Positions 9,815 to 19,159 are shown, counted from the stretch's first letter. The stretch: 64,000 nucleotides of DNA from an uncultured Bifidobacterium sp. (GCA_964491875.1 CAZBIC010000026.1:48090-112089); one strand, 5' to 3'. Numbers and translations are program-made. The notes: generated from the letters alone by a model not told the origin.

Positions 9815-10863
9815 CAGCCACCGCTCCACAACAGAAAGCCTCCGATTCCCACAAGTCCAAACCAGCTTTCGGACCCGTGGACATGCACGTCCACATCGTC
9901 GGGAACGGAAGCAACGGATCGGGGTGCTGGCTTCGAGTCACCGGCTGGCACCAGCCACTGGCCGCATTGATGTTGCGGCAAATTGGTCTGCCCTCCTCGG
10001 CGATGAAGGGCGATCTGGATCGCCTCTACGTCGATCGGCTGTTGGACCTAGTTCGGACCTCTTCCCTCAGCGCAGCGGTCATCCTGGCGCACGATCATGT
10101 TTACGACGAGGCCGGCAGAAGAATGGAGAACGTCGGTTCCTTTTATGTGCCAAACGACTACGTTCTTGGACTGGCCAAGGCGCACCCCGAATTCCTCCCG
10201 GCAGTGTCGATCCATCCGGCCCGTCGCGATGCCTTGGAAGAACTCAATCGCTGCATCGCGGCTGGCGCGGTGATGATGAAATGCCTGCCCAACTGTCACA
10301 ACATCGATTGCAGCGACCGTCGGTTCACGAAGTTCTGGGAACGAATGGCGGAGGCTCGCGTGCCGCTGCTGGCCCACACTGGAGGTGAGCATACGGTTCC
10401 TGTCGTCAGGAAAGAGTTCTCGAACCCAAAGGTTCTCGAACTGCCGTTACAATGCGGCGTCAACGTCATCGCCGCGCATTGCGGCACCAAAAGCGGATTG
10501 CTCGATCCAGAATATTTCCATCTCTTCGCCAAAATGACCCGCCAGTATCCAAATCTTTACGGCGACAACAGCGCGTTCAATGTTCCCATTCGAGGACGCC
10601 ACGTCCGGAAATGCGTAAAAGAACCGTTGGCTGACCGAATCCTGCATGGTAGCGACCTTCCGGTGCCTGTTCATGGACACTTCGCGTGGCTCAAGGGCTA
10701 CGTCGATTGGAAAACCTTCCGCCAGTGGGAAACGCATCCAAACATTTTGGAACGAGACTACCAGTTGAAGCTCGCCAGCGGATTCCCCGGAGCCTCCGCA
10801 ACGAAAATCTGGAGTTTGCTGCCGCGCAACGCTCAATCAGCCAACGCACGCGTTGGTGGATAA
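9811..10863 (+). CDS. Amidohydrolase-fold metal-dependent hydrolase
   Basis: DMHVHIVGNG near the N-terminus, with later LLAHTGGEH, IAAHCG and HGSDLP. This pattern is typical for TIM-barrel amidohydrolases. Confidence 0.75.
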   Translation: MTATAPQQKASDSHKSKPAFGPVDMHVHIVGNGSNGSGCWLRVTGWHQPLAALMLRQIGLPSSAMKGDLDRLYVDRLLDLVRTSSLSAAVILAHDHVYDEAGRRMENVGSFYVPNDYVLGLAKAHPEFLPAVSIHPARRDALEELNRCIAAGAVMMKCLPNCHNIDCSDRRFTKFWERMAEARVPLLAHTGGEHTVPVVRKEFSNPKVLELPLQCGVNVIAAHCGTKSGLLDPEYFHLFAKMTRQYPNLYGDNSAFNVPIRGRHVRKCVKEPLADRILHGSDLPVPVHGHFAWLKGYVDWKTFRQWETHPNILERDYQLKLASGFPGASATKIWSLLPRNAQSANARVGG

Positions 10864-10909
10864 TCTCCAGAAAGCCGACCGTTCCGCGAGTTCGTCACCT
10901 TCCGACCAT

Positions 10910-10953
10910 AAAAAAACCGGGTCGCTTGGTCAGGGGGTGACGCAGCGACCCGG
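10910..10953 (-). terminator. Intrinsic terminator (minus strand)
   Basis: 10-bp perfect stem CCGGGTCGCT (10917..10926) / AGCGACCCGG (10944..10953). A run of seven A follows on the plus strand at 10910..10916, which is U7 after the hairpin on the minus strand. Confidence 0.7.
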
Positions 10954-11083
10954 GGAATTTCGAATTTAATACAAACGTAGGATTACGTGGAAAATTCGGC
11001 GTCAGCTGTATTAGACCGATGCCGAAAACGGTTTGGGCTAGAAAGAACAATTCAAGTTGCCCGAAATTCAAGTGCCGTAATCC
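10910..11083 (-). ncRNA. Candidate small RNA of about 170 nt (unclassified)
   Basis: Bounded by a sigma70-like promoter (11090..11118, minus) and the strong terminator at 10910..10953. No ORF fits. The predicted 5' end GGAUUACG (11083..11076) can pair with CGUAAUCC (10987..10980). Confidence 0.25.
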
Positions 11084-11089
11084 GCGCCC

Positions 11090-11118
11090 AATAGACTACC
11101 CTCGGCGAGATCTGTCAA
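11090..11118 (-). promoter_or_regulatory. Sigma70-like promoter candidate
   Basis: On the minus strand: TTGACA (11118..11113), a 17-nt spacer, then TCTATT (11095..11090). Confidence 0.3.
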
Positions 11119-11881
11119 GAATCCGGGCCATGTATTAATTCTCATGCAGTTGATGATTAATTTCGCTGCACTGGACTTCACCGCCGGCAGAGCTGCTCTG
11201 TATTACTCGCCAGAGCTCCCAAGGAACCGGAATCTCCCACGTCCATGTCCGCATGATTCGTCCACGAAGGGTTGGTTCGACGGCATCTTGGGGTGATGTC
11301 GAACTTCAGGTGCAGAAATATTTTCTCCAATGGCCAGATCCGAGTTTACACGTGAATCGAACTCGATAACCTCGTGGAGCTCCGAGTGCGCCAATGACAG
11401 TGGTTTGTCGCGTTCGACGCCGATGGCCGAATACGCGACAGCGATAGATGTACGGATTGACGAAAGTTTGCTCCGTCCGCAGTGGGCGAAGAAACGTGAC
11501 CAAAGCGCCACCAAACCGTCGTTTTTCGAGGGAAAACGGGTTGTGAATAACTCGTGAACAAGAGTTAATATGTTGTCCTCGTCAGTTCCGAGCGGTTGGC
11601 CTAAATACTCGCCCCGTTAATCGAAGTGCAAAACTCTGCGGTGGATTTGTCGTCTGATTTTCTGGCGGGACCGGAAAGTGTCCTTTTGAAGGGTTTGAAT
11701 TGCAGGAAGTTGCGGTTAAGAATGAATTGCATCGAGGGCAATGTGGGTTCGATGCAGGTGCGTTTGCGAAGTAGATGCTGGCACCGGTAAGCCGGTTTTC
11801 GATTTCAAAGCTCGAATAAGAGCCAAGAATCGGGGCAGGTGAATAAATCCCCTAAAAACGGAATTTTGATTTGGGACAACA

Positions 11882-13267
11882 ATGCAAGAATCTGCTGAAA
11901 AACTTTGGGCTGCGGCGCAGGATTTCCTGCGGGCGATGCTCAGCAACAGTGAAATCTACAACCTGTGGTTCGCACCTCTTCGTGCCAGTGCTTTGGATGG
12001 AGACTCCATCACACTCGACGTCGCCAATGAGTTTTCCGAAGTCTGGCTGAAGGACAATTACCTCGACCTGCTTCGCAATGTCCTCTCCCAAGCTTCGGCC
12101 CGCCCGATGTCGGTCAAGTTTCGGGTAACGAACGCGAGCATCACGCTCAAGCGACCCGCCGAAGTCGTTGTTCAACCCATCGACGACGAAACCAAGCCGG
12201 TTGTTCTGGAGGATCTCGCCCCCGAACGAAACGCGGCCGTCAAAGAACTGCCGTTCAATCCCAAGAACACCTTCGACACCTTTGTCGTCGGGAACAACAA
12301 CACCTTTGCGCATGCGGCCGCCATCGCCGTTGCTCAGCAGCCCGGCAAATCCTACAACCCGCTGTTCCTCTACGGCGGCGTCGGTCTCGGCAAGACCCAT
12401 TTGCTCCACGCGATCGGCCAGCACGTCGCCAAGCACAAGAAGGGCGCACGCGTCACCTACGTCTCGACCGAAAAATTCACCAACGAGTTCATCGACGCGA
12501 TTCAGAACAACCAGCTTGTCCGCTTCCGCCGGAAATATCGCCAGAGCGATGTATTCCTGATCGACGACATCCAGTTCCTCGCGGGCAAAGAACGCATTCA
12601 GGAAGAATTTTTTCACACGTTCAACACCCTTCACGAAGCCCGGAAGCAGATCGTGCTCACCTGTGACCGACCCGCGAGCGAGATCCAGAATCTCGAGCAA
12701 CGCCTGGTCTCCCGGTTCGAGTGGGGACTCGTCACCGATCTTCAGCCGCCGGATGTCGAAACCCGCTTGGCCATCCTTCGGAAGAAGGAAAAGTCCATGG
12801 GCGTCGAGCTGCCTGAGGAAATCGTCAACTTCATGGCGCAGCGCATCCGGACCAACATCCGCCGGTTGGAAGGTGCGCTCGTTCGCGTCACCTCCTTCGC
12901 TGCGCTGACCGGCAAGAAGCTGACCATCGAAGTCGTCGAAGGACTCTTGCGCGAGATCCTTCACGAAGAAGGCCGTTTCACCATCAGCATTGACGTCATC
13001 CAGAAGCGTGTCGCTGAACATTTCGATATTCGCCTCGCGGACATGACCAGCAAGCGCCGTCCGGAGAACATCGCGTTCCCGCGCCAGATCGCCATGTATC
13101 TCGCGCGCCAGATGACCGAAAGCTCGCTGAACACCATCGGCGAAGCGTTTGGCGGCCGCGATCACGGCACCGTTCTCCACGCCTGCCGCCTCGTAAAGGA
13201 CCGCATGCAGATTGATGCGCAAGTCCGCCAGGTCGTGAGCTACTTGGAAAAGCAACTCACTCGCTGA
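11882..13267 (+). CDS. dnaA: Chromosomal replication initiator protein DnaA
   Basis: Walker A GGVGLGKTHLLHAIG, DDIQFLAGKERIQEEFFHTFN, and C-terminal DNA-binding region RQIAMYLARQMT...DHGTVLHA. Confidence 0.97.
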   Translation: MQESAEKLWAAAQDFLRAMLSNSEIYNLWFAPLRASALDGDSITLDVANEFSEVWLKDNYLDLLRNVLSQASARPMSVKFRVTNASITLKRPAEVVVQPIDDETKPVVLEDLAPERNAAVKELPFNPKNTFDTFVVGNNNTFAHAAAIAVAQQPGKSYNPLFLYGGVGLGKTHLLHAIGQHVAKHKKGARVTYVSTEKFTNEFIDAIQNNQLVRFRRKYRQSDVFLIDDIQFLAGKERIQEEFFHTFNTLHEARKQIVLTCDRPASEIQNLEQRLVSRFEWGLVTDLQPPDVETRLAILRKKEKSMGVELPEEIVNFMAQRIRTNIRRLEGALVRVTSFAALTGKKLTIEVVEGLLREILHEEGRFTISIDVIQKRVAEHFDIRLADMTSKRRPENIAFPRQIAMYLARQMTESSLNTIGEAFGGRDHGTVLHACRLVKDRMQIDAQVRQVVSYLEKQLTR

Positions 13268-13293
13268 AAAGATTTGTTGGTGTGCATATGAAT

Positions 13294-13330
13294 CGGGAGC
13301 GTCGCAGTTCGGCGCTCCCGATTTGCTTTT
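13294..13330 (+). terminator. Intrinsic terminator after dnaA
   Basis: Stem CGGGAGCG / CGCTCCCG (8 bp, 13294..13320) followed by ATTTGCTTTT. Confidence 0.6.
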
Positions 13331-13388
13331 GCGAAATGCGCGCACACCCACACTTTCCAAACCTCCAACTCTCCCTACACTTCCCGCG

Positions 13389-14366
13389 ATGGCAGTGATT
13401 CAAGTTCAAGGTCTGACCAAGACCTTTCGCACCTACAAGAAGGAGCCAGGCATCGCCGGGGCACTGAAAGGATTGTTCTCGCGAAAGTACGAAACCACCT
13501 ACGCCGTCAAAGATGTCTCCTTTCAGGTCGAGGAAGGCGAACTCGTCGGCTTCCTCGGTCCCAACGGCGCTGGAAAAACCACGACGTTGAAAATGCTCTC
13601 CGGGCTGCTCTATCCGTCCGCCGGATCTGCCACCGTTCTCGGTTACACGCCGTGGAAACGCGACGATGGTTATCGCCGGCAGTTTGCCCTGCTGCTCGGT
13701 CAGAAGAACCAGCTCTGGTGGGATCTTCCCGCTCGTGAATCACTCGATCTCAACGCCAAGATCTACGGCATCGACCGCACAATCTTCGAACGCACCGTCG
13801 GCGAGCTCACCGAAATGCTTGGTGTGAAAGAAAAGCTCAACGTCATGGTCCGCGAGCTTTCCCTCGGTGAACGCATGAAGATGGAGCTCATCGCCTCCCT
13901 GCTCCACCAACCCAAAGTTCTCTTCCTCGACGAGCCCACCATCGGTCTCGACGTCATCTCGCAGAAAATCGTCCGTGAATTTCTCCGCGACTACAACGCG
14001 AAGCGCAAGACGACCATTCTCCTGACCAGCCACTACATGGCCGACATCCAGGCCCTCTGCCGCCGGGTGATCATCATAGACCACGGGAAAATTTTCTTCG
14101 ACGGGCAACTGGACGAAGTGATCGATCGTTTCGCCGACTTCAAGATTGTCACCATCCACTGCGACACCCAGAAACCCATCCCCGCTTTGGAACTCTCGAA
14201 GTTCGGTGAAGTCATCGAGAAAGATCGCGAGACTGTGAAGCTCAAAGTGAAGCGCGACCGCGTCATTCCCGTCTGCAAGGCGCTGCTCGACGAACTTCCC
14301 GTGAACGACATCGACATCCAGGAAGTCCCCATCGAGGACGTCATCCGCCAGATCTTCGCCCGCTGA
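13389..14366 (+). CDS. ABC transporter ATP-binding protein
   Basis: Walker A GPNGAGKTT, signature LSLGERMK, Walker B LFLDEPT. Start set at MAVIQVQGLTKTF (ATG 13389). No permease gene is adjacent. Confidence 0.85.
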   Translation: MAVIQVQGLTKTFRTYKKEPGIAGALKGLFSRKYETTYAVKDVSFQVEEGELVGFLGPNGAGKTTTLKMLSGLLYPSAGSATVLGYTPWKRDDGYRRQFALLLGQKNQLWWDLPARESLDLNAKIYGIDRTIFERTVGELTEMLGVKEKLNVMVRELSLGERMKMELIASLLHQPKVLFLDEPTIGLDVISQKIVREFLRDYNAKRKTTILLTSHYMADIQALCRRVIIIDHGKIFFDGQLDEVIDRFADFKIVTIHCDTQKPIPALELSKFGEVIEKDRETVKLKVKRDRVIPVCKALLDELPVNDIDIQEVPIEDVIRQIFAR

Positions 14367-14372
14367 ACAAGC

Positions 14373-16127
14373 CTACTTCACCCGATTCCGCTTCAGCTGC
14401 AATGCCTTCTTCAGCTCCTTGAGGGGCAGCGCATTGATCACATCCGCCTTCTCCAGCCAGCCCTTGCGCGCAATGCCGGCGCCGAGACGCAGGAAACCCG
14501 CGTGTTCGTTGCGATGCGCGTCGCAGTTAATCACGCACTTTACGCCCTTCGACTTCGCGTAGAACCACAGCCGCCAGTCCATGTCGAAGCGATACGGATT
14601 CGCGTTGAGCTCGATCCACGTGCCGGTCTCCGCGCACGCGTCGATCACCGCCTGTTGATTCACCTTGTAAGCCTCGCGCTCGAGCAAAAGCCGGCCCGTG
14701 AGATGCCCGAGCATGTGAACGTAAGGATTCAACGCCGCCCGAATCAGCCGGTTCGTGTTGTCCGCCTCGTCGCTGCCTGCGACGTGCAAACTCGCCACCA
14801 CCACGTCCAGTTCCGCGAGCAGATCGTTGTCGAAGTCCAGTCGCTCCTTCAAAATGTCCACCTCAGAACCCGCCAGCAGCCGAAACTCCTCGCCGCTGTC
14901 CGCCAGCTTCTGATTATGCGCCGCCACCGCCTTGATTTGTTCCCGCAACCGCGCAGCGTCCAGACCGTGCGCCTGGAAGGAAGATTTGCTGTGGTCCGTG
15001 ATCGCCCAGTAATCGCAACCGATCTCAATCGAATGTGCCGCGACATCCTCAATCGGATGATGTCCATCGCTCCACGTCGTGTGGTTGTGCAGCGACCCGC
15101 GCAAATCCGTCCACTCGATCAACTTCGGCAGCTTCCCCTGCTCCGCCGCGGCAAACTCGCCGTGATCCTCGCGCATCTCCGGCGGGATGTAGGCCAGCCC
15201 GAGCTCCACAAAAACGTCCTCCTCCGTCTTGCAAGGCACCAGCAGCTTCGGATCACGCGTCTCCTCCTTCGACTTGAACAGTCCATACTCATTCAGCCGC
15301 AGCCCGCGCGCGATCGCCCGCTGCCGCATCACGATGTTGTGCTCCTTGCTGCCGGTGAAATAGAGCAGCGCGAACGGAAACTCCGCATCCGTCACCACGC
15401 GCAAATCCGCCTGAATGCCGCCGGGCAAAATCACACTCGCCTTCGTCTCGCCCTTCGCGCTCACGCTGAGAATCCCCGGCTGACTCGTGAAGAACTCGAT
15501 CACCGCCGCCGGATTCTTCGATGATACCAGGAAATCAATATCGCCGATCGTCTCGCGCCAGCGCCGCAAGCTCCCGCCCGTGCTGCAACGAATCACGTCC
15601 GGATGTTCGCGCAACGATTCCAGGATCGGCTCCGCCACCGTCAGCGCCGTGTGCAAATGATGCCGCGACGCGTAGGTGCGTTTGAACTGAATCCCCTCCA
15701 AAATTTTGCTCTGGGTCTTCTCGCCGAACCCCTCCAGAGTCGCCACCTTGCCGGCCTTGCACGCAGCTTCGAGTTGTTCGATGGACTCGATGCCCAGCTT
15801 GTCGTGAAGCGCCTTCACCTTCTTCGGTCCGACGCCGGGAATGCCCAGCATGTCCACCAACCCCGGAGGCACAGACGCCTTCAGCTCGTCGTAATACTTC
15901 AGCTTCCCCATGGTCACGAGCTCCGTGATCTTCTGCTGCAAGGCATCGCCAATGCCTTTAATCTCCCCGAGTCGTTCCTCCGCCACGATATTCGCCAGCG
16001 GCTCCGTCAAACCCTCGAGCGTCCGCGCCGCGTTCACATACGCGCGCGTCTTGAACGGATTCTCGCCCTTCAACTCCAGCAACGTCCCGATGTCCACGAG
16101 GATTGCCGCCACTTGCTCTTTGTCCAT
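14373..16127 (-). CDS. polX: Family X DNA polymerase with C-terminal PHP domain (PolX)
   Basis: HhH motifs (GIGDALQQKI, GVGPKKVKAL), nucleotidyltransferase GSLRRWRETIGDIDFLV, and PHP domain LHNHTTWSDG...ITDHS. Confidence 0.9.
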   Translation of the reverse strand: MDKEQVAAILVDIGTLLELKGENPFKTRAYVNAARTLEGLTEPLANIVAEERLGEIKGIGDALQQKITELVTMGKLKYYDELKASVPPGLVDMLGIPGVGPKKVKALHDKLGIESIEQLEAACKAGKVATLEGFGEKTQSKILEGIQFKRTYASRHHLHTALTVAEPILESLREHPDVIRCSTGGSLRRWRETIGDIDFLVSSKNPAAVIEFFTSQPGILSVSAKGETKASVILPGGIQADLRVVTDAEFPFALLYFTGSKEHNIVMRQRAIARGLRLNEYGLFKSKEETRDPKLLVPCKTEEDVFVELGLAYIPPEMREDHGEFAAAEQGKLPKLIEWTDLRGSLHNHTTWSDGHHPIEDVAAHSIEIGCDYWAITDHSKSSFQAHGLDAARLREQIKAVAAHNQKLADSGEEFRLLAGSEVDILKERLDFDNDLLAELDVVVASLHVAGSDEADNTNRLIRAALNPYVHMLGHLTGRLLLEREAYKVNQQAVIDACAETGTWIELNANPYRFDMDWRLWFYAKSKGVKCVINCDAHRNEHAGFLRLGAGIARKGWLEKADVINALPLKELKKALQLKRNRVK

Positions 16128-16169
16128 GCGGCGATGCTACGAAGCGCCCGGGGGAAGGAAAGTGGGAAT

Positions 16170-18221
16170 TCAATCGTCGCTCGCCGGCACCGAGTCGAAA
16201 GGCTCAAACAACTTCCTCGCCTCCGTCAGCTGGCGCTCGTTTCCGATCAGCAAAACCTCATCGTTCAGCTGGAACTCAAAATCCGGCTCCGGACTGATCA
16301 CCGTCTCCGTCCCGCGCCGCACTGCGACCGCCGTTGATCCGGTGCGCGTCCGCAATTCCATCTCGCGGATCTGTTTCCCGAGCGCTGGTGATCGCGGGGT
16401 GATCTGCACGGTCACCAGCTCGGCGTTCTCGAGCAAGGACGGCATCGGCTTGGAATGTTCCAGCGCATGATGCAGCGGCTCGCGCGACAATGTTTCCCGA
16501 ATCGTCACCTGCGCCCGCGCATAGATTCGGATGAAGAACGTCCGCAGCAAGACCGCCAGCAACACGCCGATGCTGCCCAGCACCACGAATACTTCCCACG
16601 ACGGCAGCAGGACCGAACTCAGCGCGAGCACGAGCAATCCCAGTCCGACGATCCCGGCGAAGAGCGTCGTGTTCGAGATCATCGCGCGCATCGCCATCTT
16701 GTTCTTCATCGTCGAGCCGCCACGAATGGCCATCTCGGAAAGCAGCATGCTGAGCGCGTCCAGCTTGCGCAGCGTGGCGATGAAGAGCGGCAGGCTGCAC
16801 AACATCGCCGCCAGCCAGAGCACCGTGTTGCGACCGCCAGTCCACCGCGGCAGATCCGTTAACCAATCGACCTTCCAGCGATCGAGGAGGGTCGCGGCGA
16901 GAAACAATCCCGCGATAAGCGCGACATTGATCGACAGCTGAAAGACCATCAGGCGCACCATCTTTCTCGGCGCGCTCACCGAATGATTCTCCCGCACACG
17001 GCGAATCCACGCCGTGTAATCCTGCTGGTAATGGAGCAGCGAGCGCGGGGCGAACCGGTCATGCAGCTTCACCAACCAGTCCGCGTGCTGGATGAGAAAC
17101 GGCGTCAACGCGGAGGTGACCGTGGAGACGCATACCGCGATGGGATAAAGGAAATGACTCGTCACGCCAAGGTCCTTGCCCAACGCGGCGATGATGAACG
17201 AGAACTCGCCAATCTGCGCGAGGCCGAGCCCCACGCGCATGGACGTGCCGCGATCGTAGCCCGCCACAAAACTTCCGAACGAGCAGGCCGCAATCTTCCC
17301 GACCACCAGCATCACGCTGATTACCGCGATCGGGAGGGCGTATTGCACCAGCAGCTTCGGCTCAATGAGCAGACCGATCGCCACGAAGAATACCGCGCTG
17401 AACATGTTCCGCAGCGGGGCCGTCAGCCGCTCGATGCGCCGGATGTCGTGAGATTCCGCAATCAACGCGCCCATGATGAACGACCCCAGCGCGACGCTGT
17501 ACTTCAGCTTCAGCGCGAGTAGCGCAAGGCCGAAGCATAAACCCAGCACGGTAATCAGCATGGTTTCCTCGTTGTGAAACCGCGCCACCAACGCGAGGAG
17601 TTTGGGCACGATCAGCAACCCAAGCACGATGGACATCACGGTGAACACGCCAAGCCGCCCCATGGTTTCCAACACCGCACCGACTTCAAACGTGCCGGTC
17701 ATCGCCACGCCCGACAGCGACGCGATCAGCAAAATGGCGATGATGTCCTCCGCGATCAGAATGCCGTAGATCACTTCGGCGAACTTCTCCTTGCCCTTCC
17801 CGAGATCGGCGAGCGTCTTGGTGATGATCGTCGTGGAGGAGATCATCATGATGCCGCCGAGGTAGACACTGTCCGTCCCGCTCCAGCCGAAGTAGCGCCC
17901 GATCTGGAATCCGATGAAGAACATCAGCGCCGTTTCGAGCGGAGCAACGATGAACGCCGTGAAGCCAATCTGCCGGATCTTCCGAAAGTTGAACTCCAGC
18001 CCGAGCGCGAAGAGGAGAAAGACGATGCCCAGTTCAGAAAGCGTCTGGATGCTTTGCTCATCCGACACCAGTGGAGACGGTAGAACGTGCGGGCCGATGA
18101 TCACGCCGGCCAGGATGTAACCCAGCACCACCGGAAGTTTCAGCGCACGGAAGCTGACCGTGACCAGTCCGGCCACCATCATGACCACGGCAAGATCCTG
18201 GAGGAATGCGGCGTTGTGCAT
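16170..18221 (-). CDS. CPA2-family cation:proton antiporter with C-terminal TrkA-C (RCK_C) domain
   Basis: N-terminal LPVVLGYILAGVIIGPHVL and multiple TM segments. The C-terminal part reads VTVQITPRSPALGKQIREMELRTRTGSTAVAVRRG...LLIGNERQL. Confidence 0.85.
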   Translation of the reverse strand: MHNAAFLQDLAVVMMVAGLVTVSFRALKLPVVLGYILAGVIIGPHVLPSPLVSDEQSIQTLSELGIVFLLFALGLEFNFRKIRQIGFTAFIVAPLETALMFFIGFQIGRYFGWSGTDSVYLGGIMMISSTTIITKTLADLGKGKEKFAEVIYGILIAEDIIAILLIASLSGVAMTGTFEVGAVLETMGRLGVFTVMSIVLGLLIVPKLLALVARFHNEETMLITVLGLCFGLALLALKLKYSVALGSFIMGALIAESHDIRRIERLTAPLRNMFSAVFFVAIGLLIEPKLLVQYALPIAVISVMLVVGKIAACSFGSFVAGYDRGTSMRVGLGLAQIGEFSFIIAALGKDLGVTSHFLYPIAVCVSTVTSALTPFLIQHADWLVKLHDRFAPRSLLHYQQDYTAWIRRVRENHSVSAPRKMVRLMVFQLSINVALIAGLFLAATLLDRWKVDWLTDLPRWTGGRNTVLWLAAMLCSLPLFIATLRKLDALSMLLSEMAIRGGSTMKNKMAMRAMISNTTLFAGIVGLGLLVLALSSVLLPSWEVFVVLGSIGVLLAVLLRTFFIRIYARAQVTIRETLSREPLHHALEHSKPMPSLLENAELVTVQITPRSPALGKQIREMELRTRTGSTAVAVRRGTETVISPEPDFEFQLNDEVLLIGNERQLTEARKLFEPFDSVPASDD

Positions 18222-18502
18222 TACGCGGGCGTTGCTGCTGCGGACGCTACAAACTCCGTTGCGTCACGGCGAGCGGCAAAAGTTCACCCGCCTAGTCCCG
18301 CACCGAATTTTGCGCCAGTCCGAGCAATCCGCTGCGTTCGTCTTGCGTCGACGTCATTGCCACTTTCGGCCCATCAGTGCCCCAGCCTGTTGACAGCCCA
18401 CTCGCCGTCGTTAGTCTCGTTTCAGCTGCATCGGCGCCTCCGGCCGGCAGCAACTGCCGTAATGCGTTTGGACAAATCAACAAAGCACTCATCAACGTGG
18501 TT

Positions 18503-19069
18503 ATGAAAACGACCTTCTCACTCAAAACGACTTTTGCACTGCTGTTCGCACTGGCGACCTTCGTGTTCCAGGCCCCGGCTGCCGAGAAATCCGAAGCCGC
18601 CGCCATTGCCGCGCTGTCGGACAAAATGGAAAGCAGGGTGACCGCCGCGATGCAGGAGATTGAAAAGAAGTATCCCAACAGCGTCGAAGGCGTCGCCAAG
18701 ATCAAATCCATGCTCGGTGACGAACGTGTGAAGGTCCGTCGCAAAGCTGCTCGCGTCGTGGGCACGCTGCACGCGGACGTCACCGAGGCTGAGCTCAAGC
18801 AAATCGCCGCGCTGCTCAAGGGCAAGACGCCAGAGGAAATCATCGACGGTTTGAAGGCGCTCCGCGGACTGAAGTCCCAGCCGGTCATCCCTGAGATCAA
18901 GGCGCTGCTCGATCATCCCACGCCGAACGTCATCCGCGACGCGTGCCGCACGCTGTCTGAAATCGGCGGCAAGGATCTGATTCCTGCCATCGAACCGCTC
19001 CTCAATCACGCCAACGCGGCTGTGAAAAAGGACGCCCAGGACGCCATCTTCAAGCTGAAGAACAAGTAA
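18503..19069 (+). CDS. Secreted HEAT-like repeat protein
   Basis: Signal peptide MKTTFSLKTTFALLFALATFVFQAPAA, followed by HEAT-like units (VRRKAARVVGTL, VIRDACRTLSEIG, AAVKKDAQDAI). Confidence 0.6.
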   Translation: MKTTFSLKTTFALLFALATFVFQAPAAEKSEAAAIAALSDKMESRVTAAMQEIEKKYPNSVEGVAKIKSMLGDERVKVRRKAARVVGTLHADVTEAELKQIAALLKGKTPEEIIDGLKALRGLKSQPVIPEIKALLDHPTPNVIRDACRTLSEIGGKDLIPAIEPLLNHANAAVKKDAQDAIFKLKNK

Positions 19070-19097
19070 GCTTCCGCCCGAGCCGACACATTCATTC

Positions 19098-19130
19098 CTC
19101 CCGCAGCGCTCGCGTTGCGGGAGTCTTTTT
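19098..19130 (+). terminator. Intrinsic terminator / attenuator-like hairpin
   Basis: Stem CTCCCGCA (19098..19105) / TGCGGGAG (19116..19123), 10-nt loop, then TCTTTTT. It overlaps the TTG start proposed by the ORF track for the lyase gene. Confidence 0.6.
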
Positions 19131-19159
19131 CCCTCTTGTCCTCCGAATTACTCCGCGAC

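Noticed and set aside
11203-11557. Short ORFs in the low-GC island (103 aa on the minus strand, 75 aa on the plus strand)
   Set aside because: They are mutually overlapping, with no motifs. Their codon third positions are not GC-enriched like those of real genes here. I treat the region as non-coding pending evidence.
11779-11793. TGGCAC motif upstream of dnaA as a sigma54 promoter
   Set aside because: The downstream GC dinucleotide is one position off the canonical -24/-12 spacing.
11852-13360. 502-aa ORF antisense to dnaA
   Set aside because: dnaA on the plus strand is unambiguous, so this is a shadow ORF.
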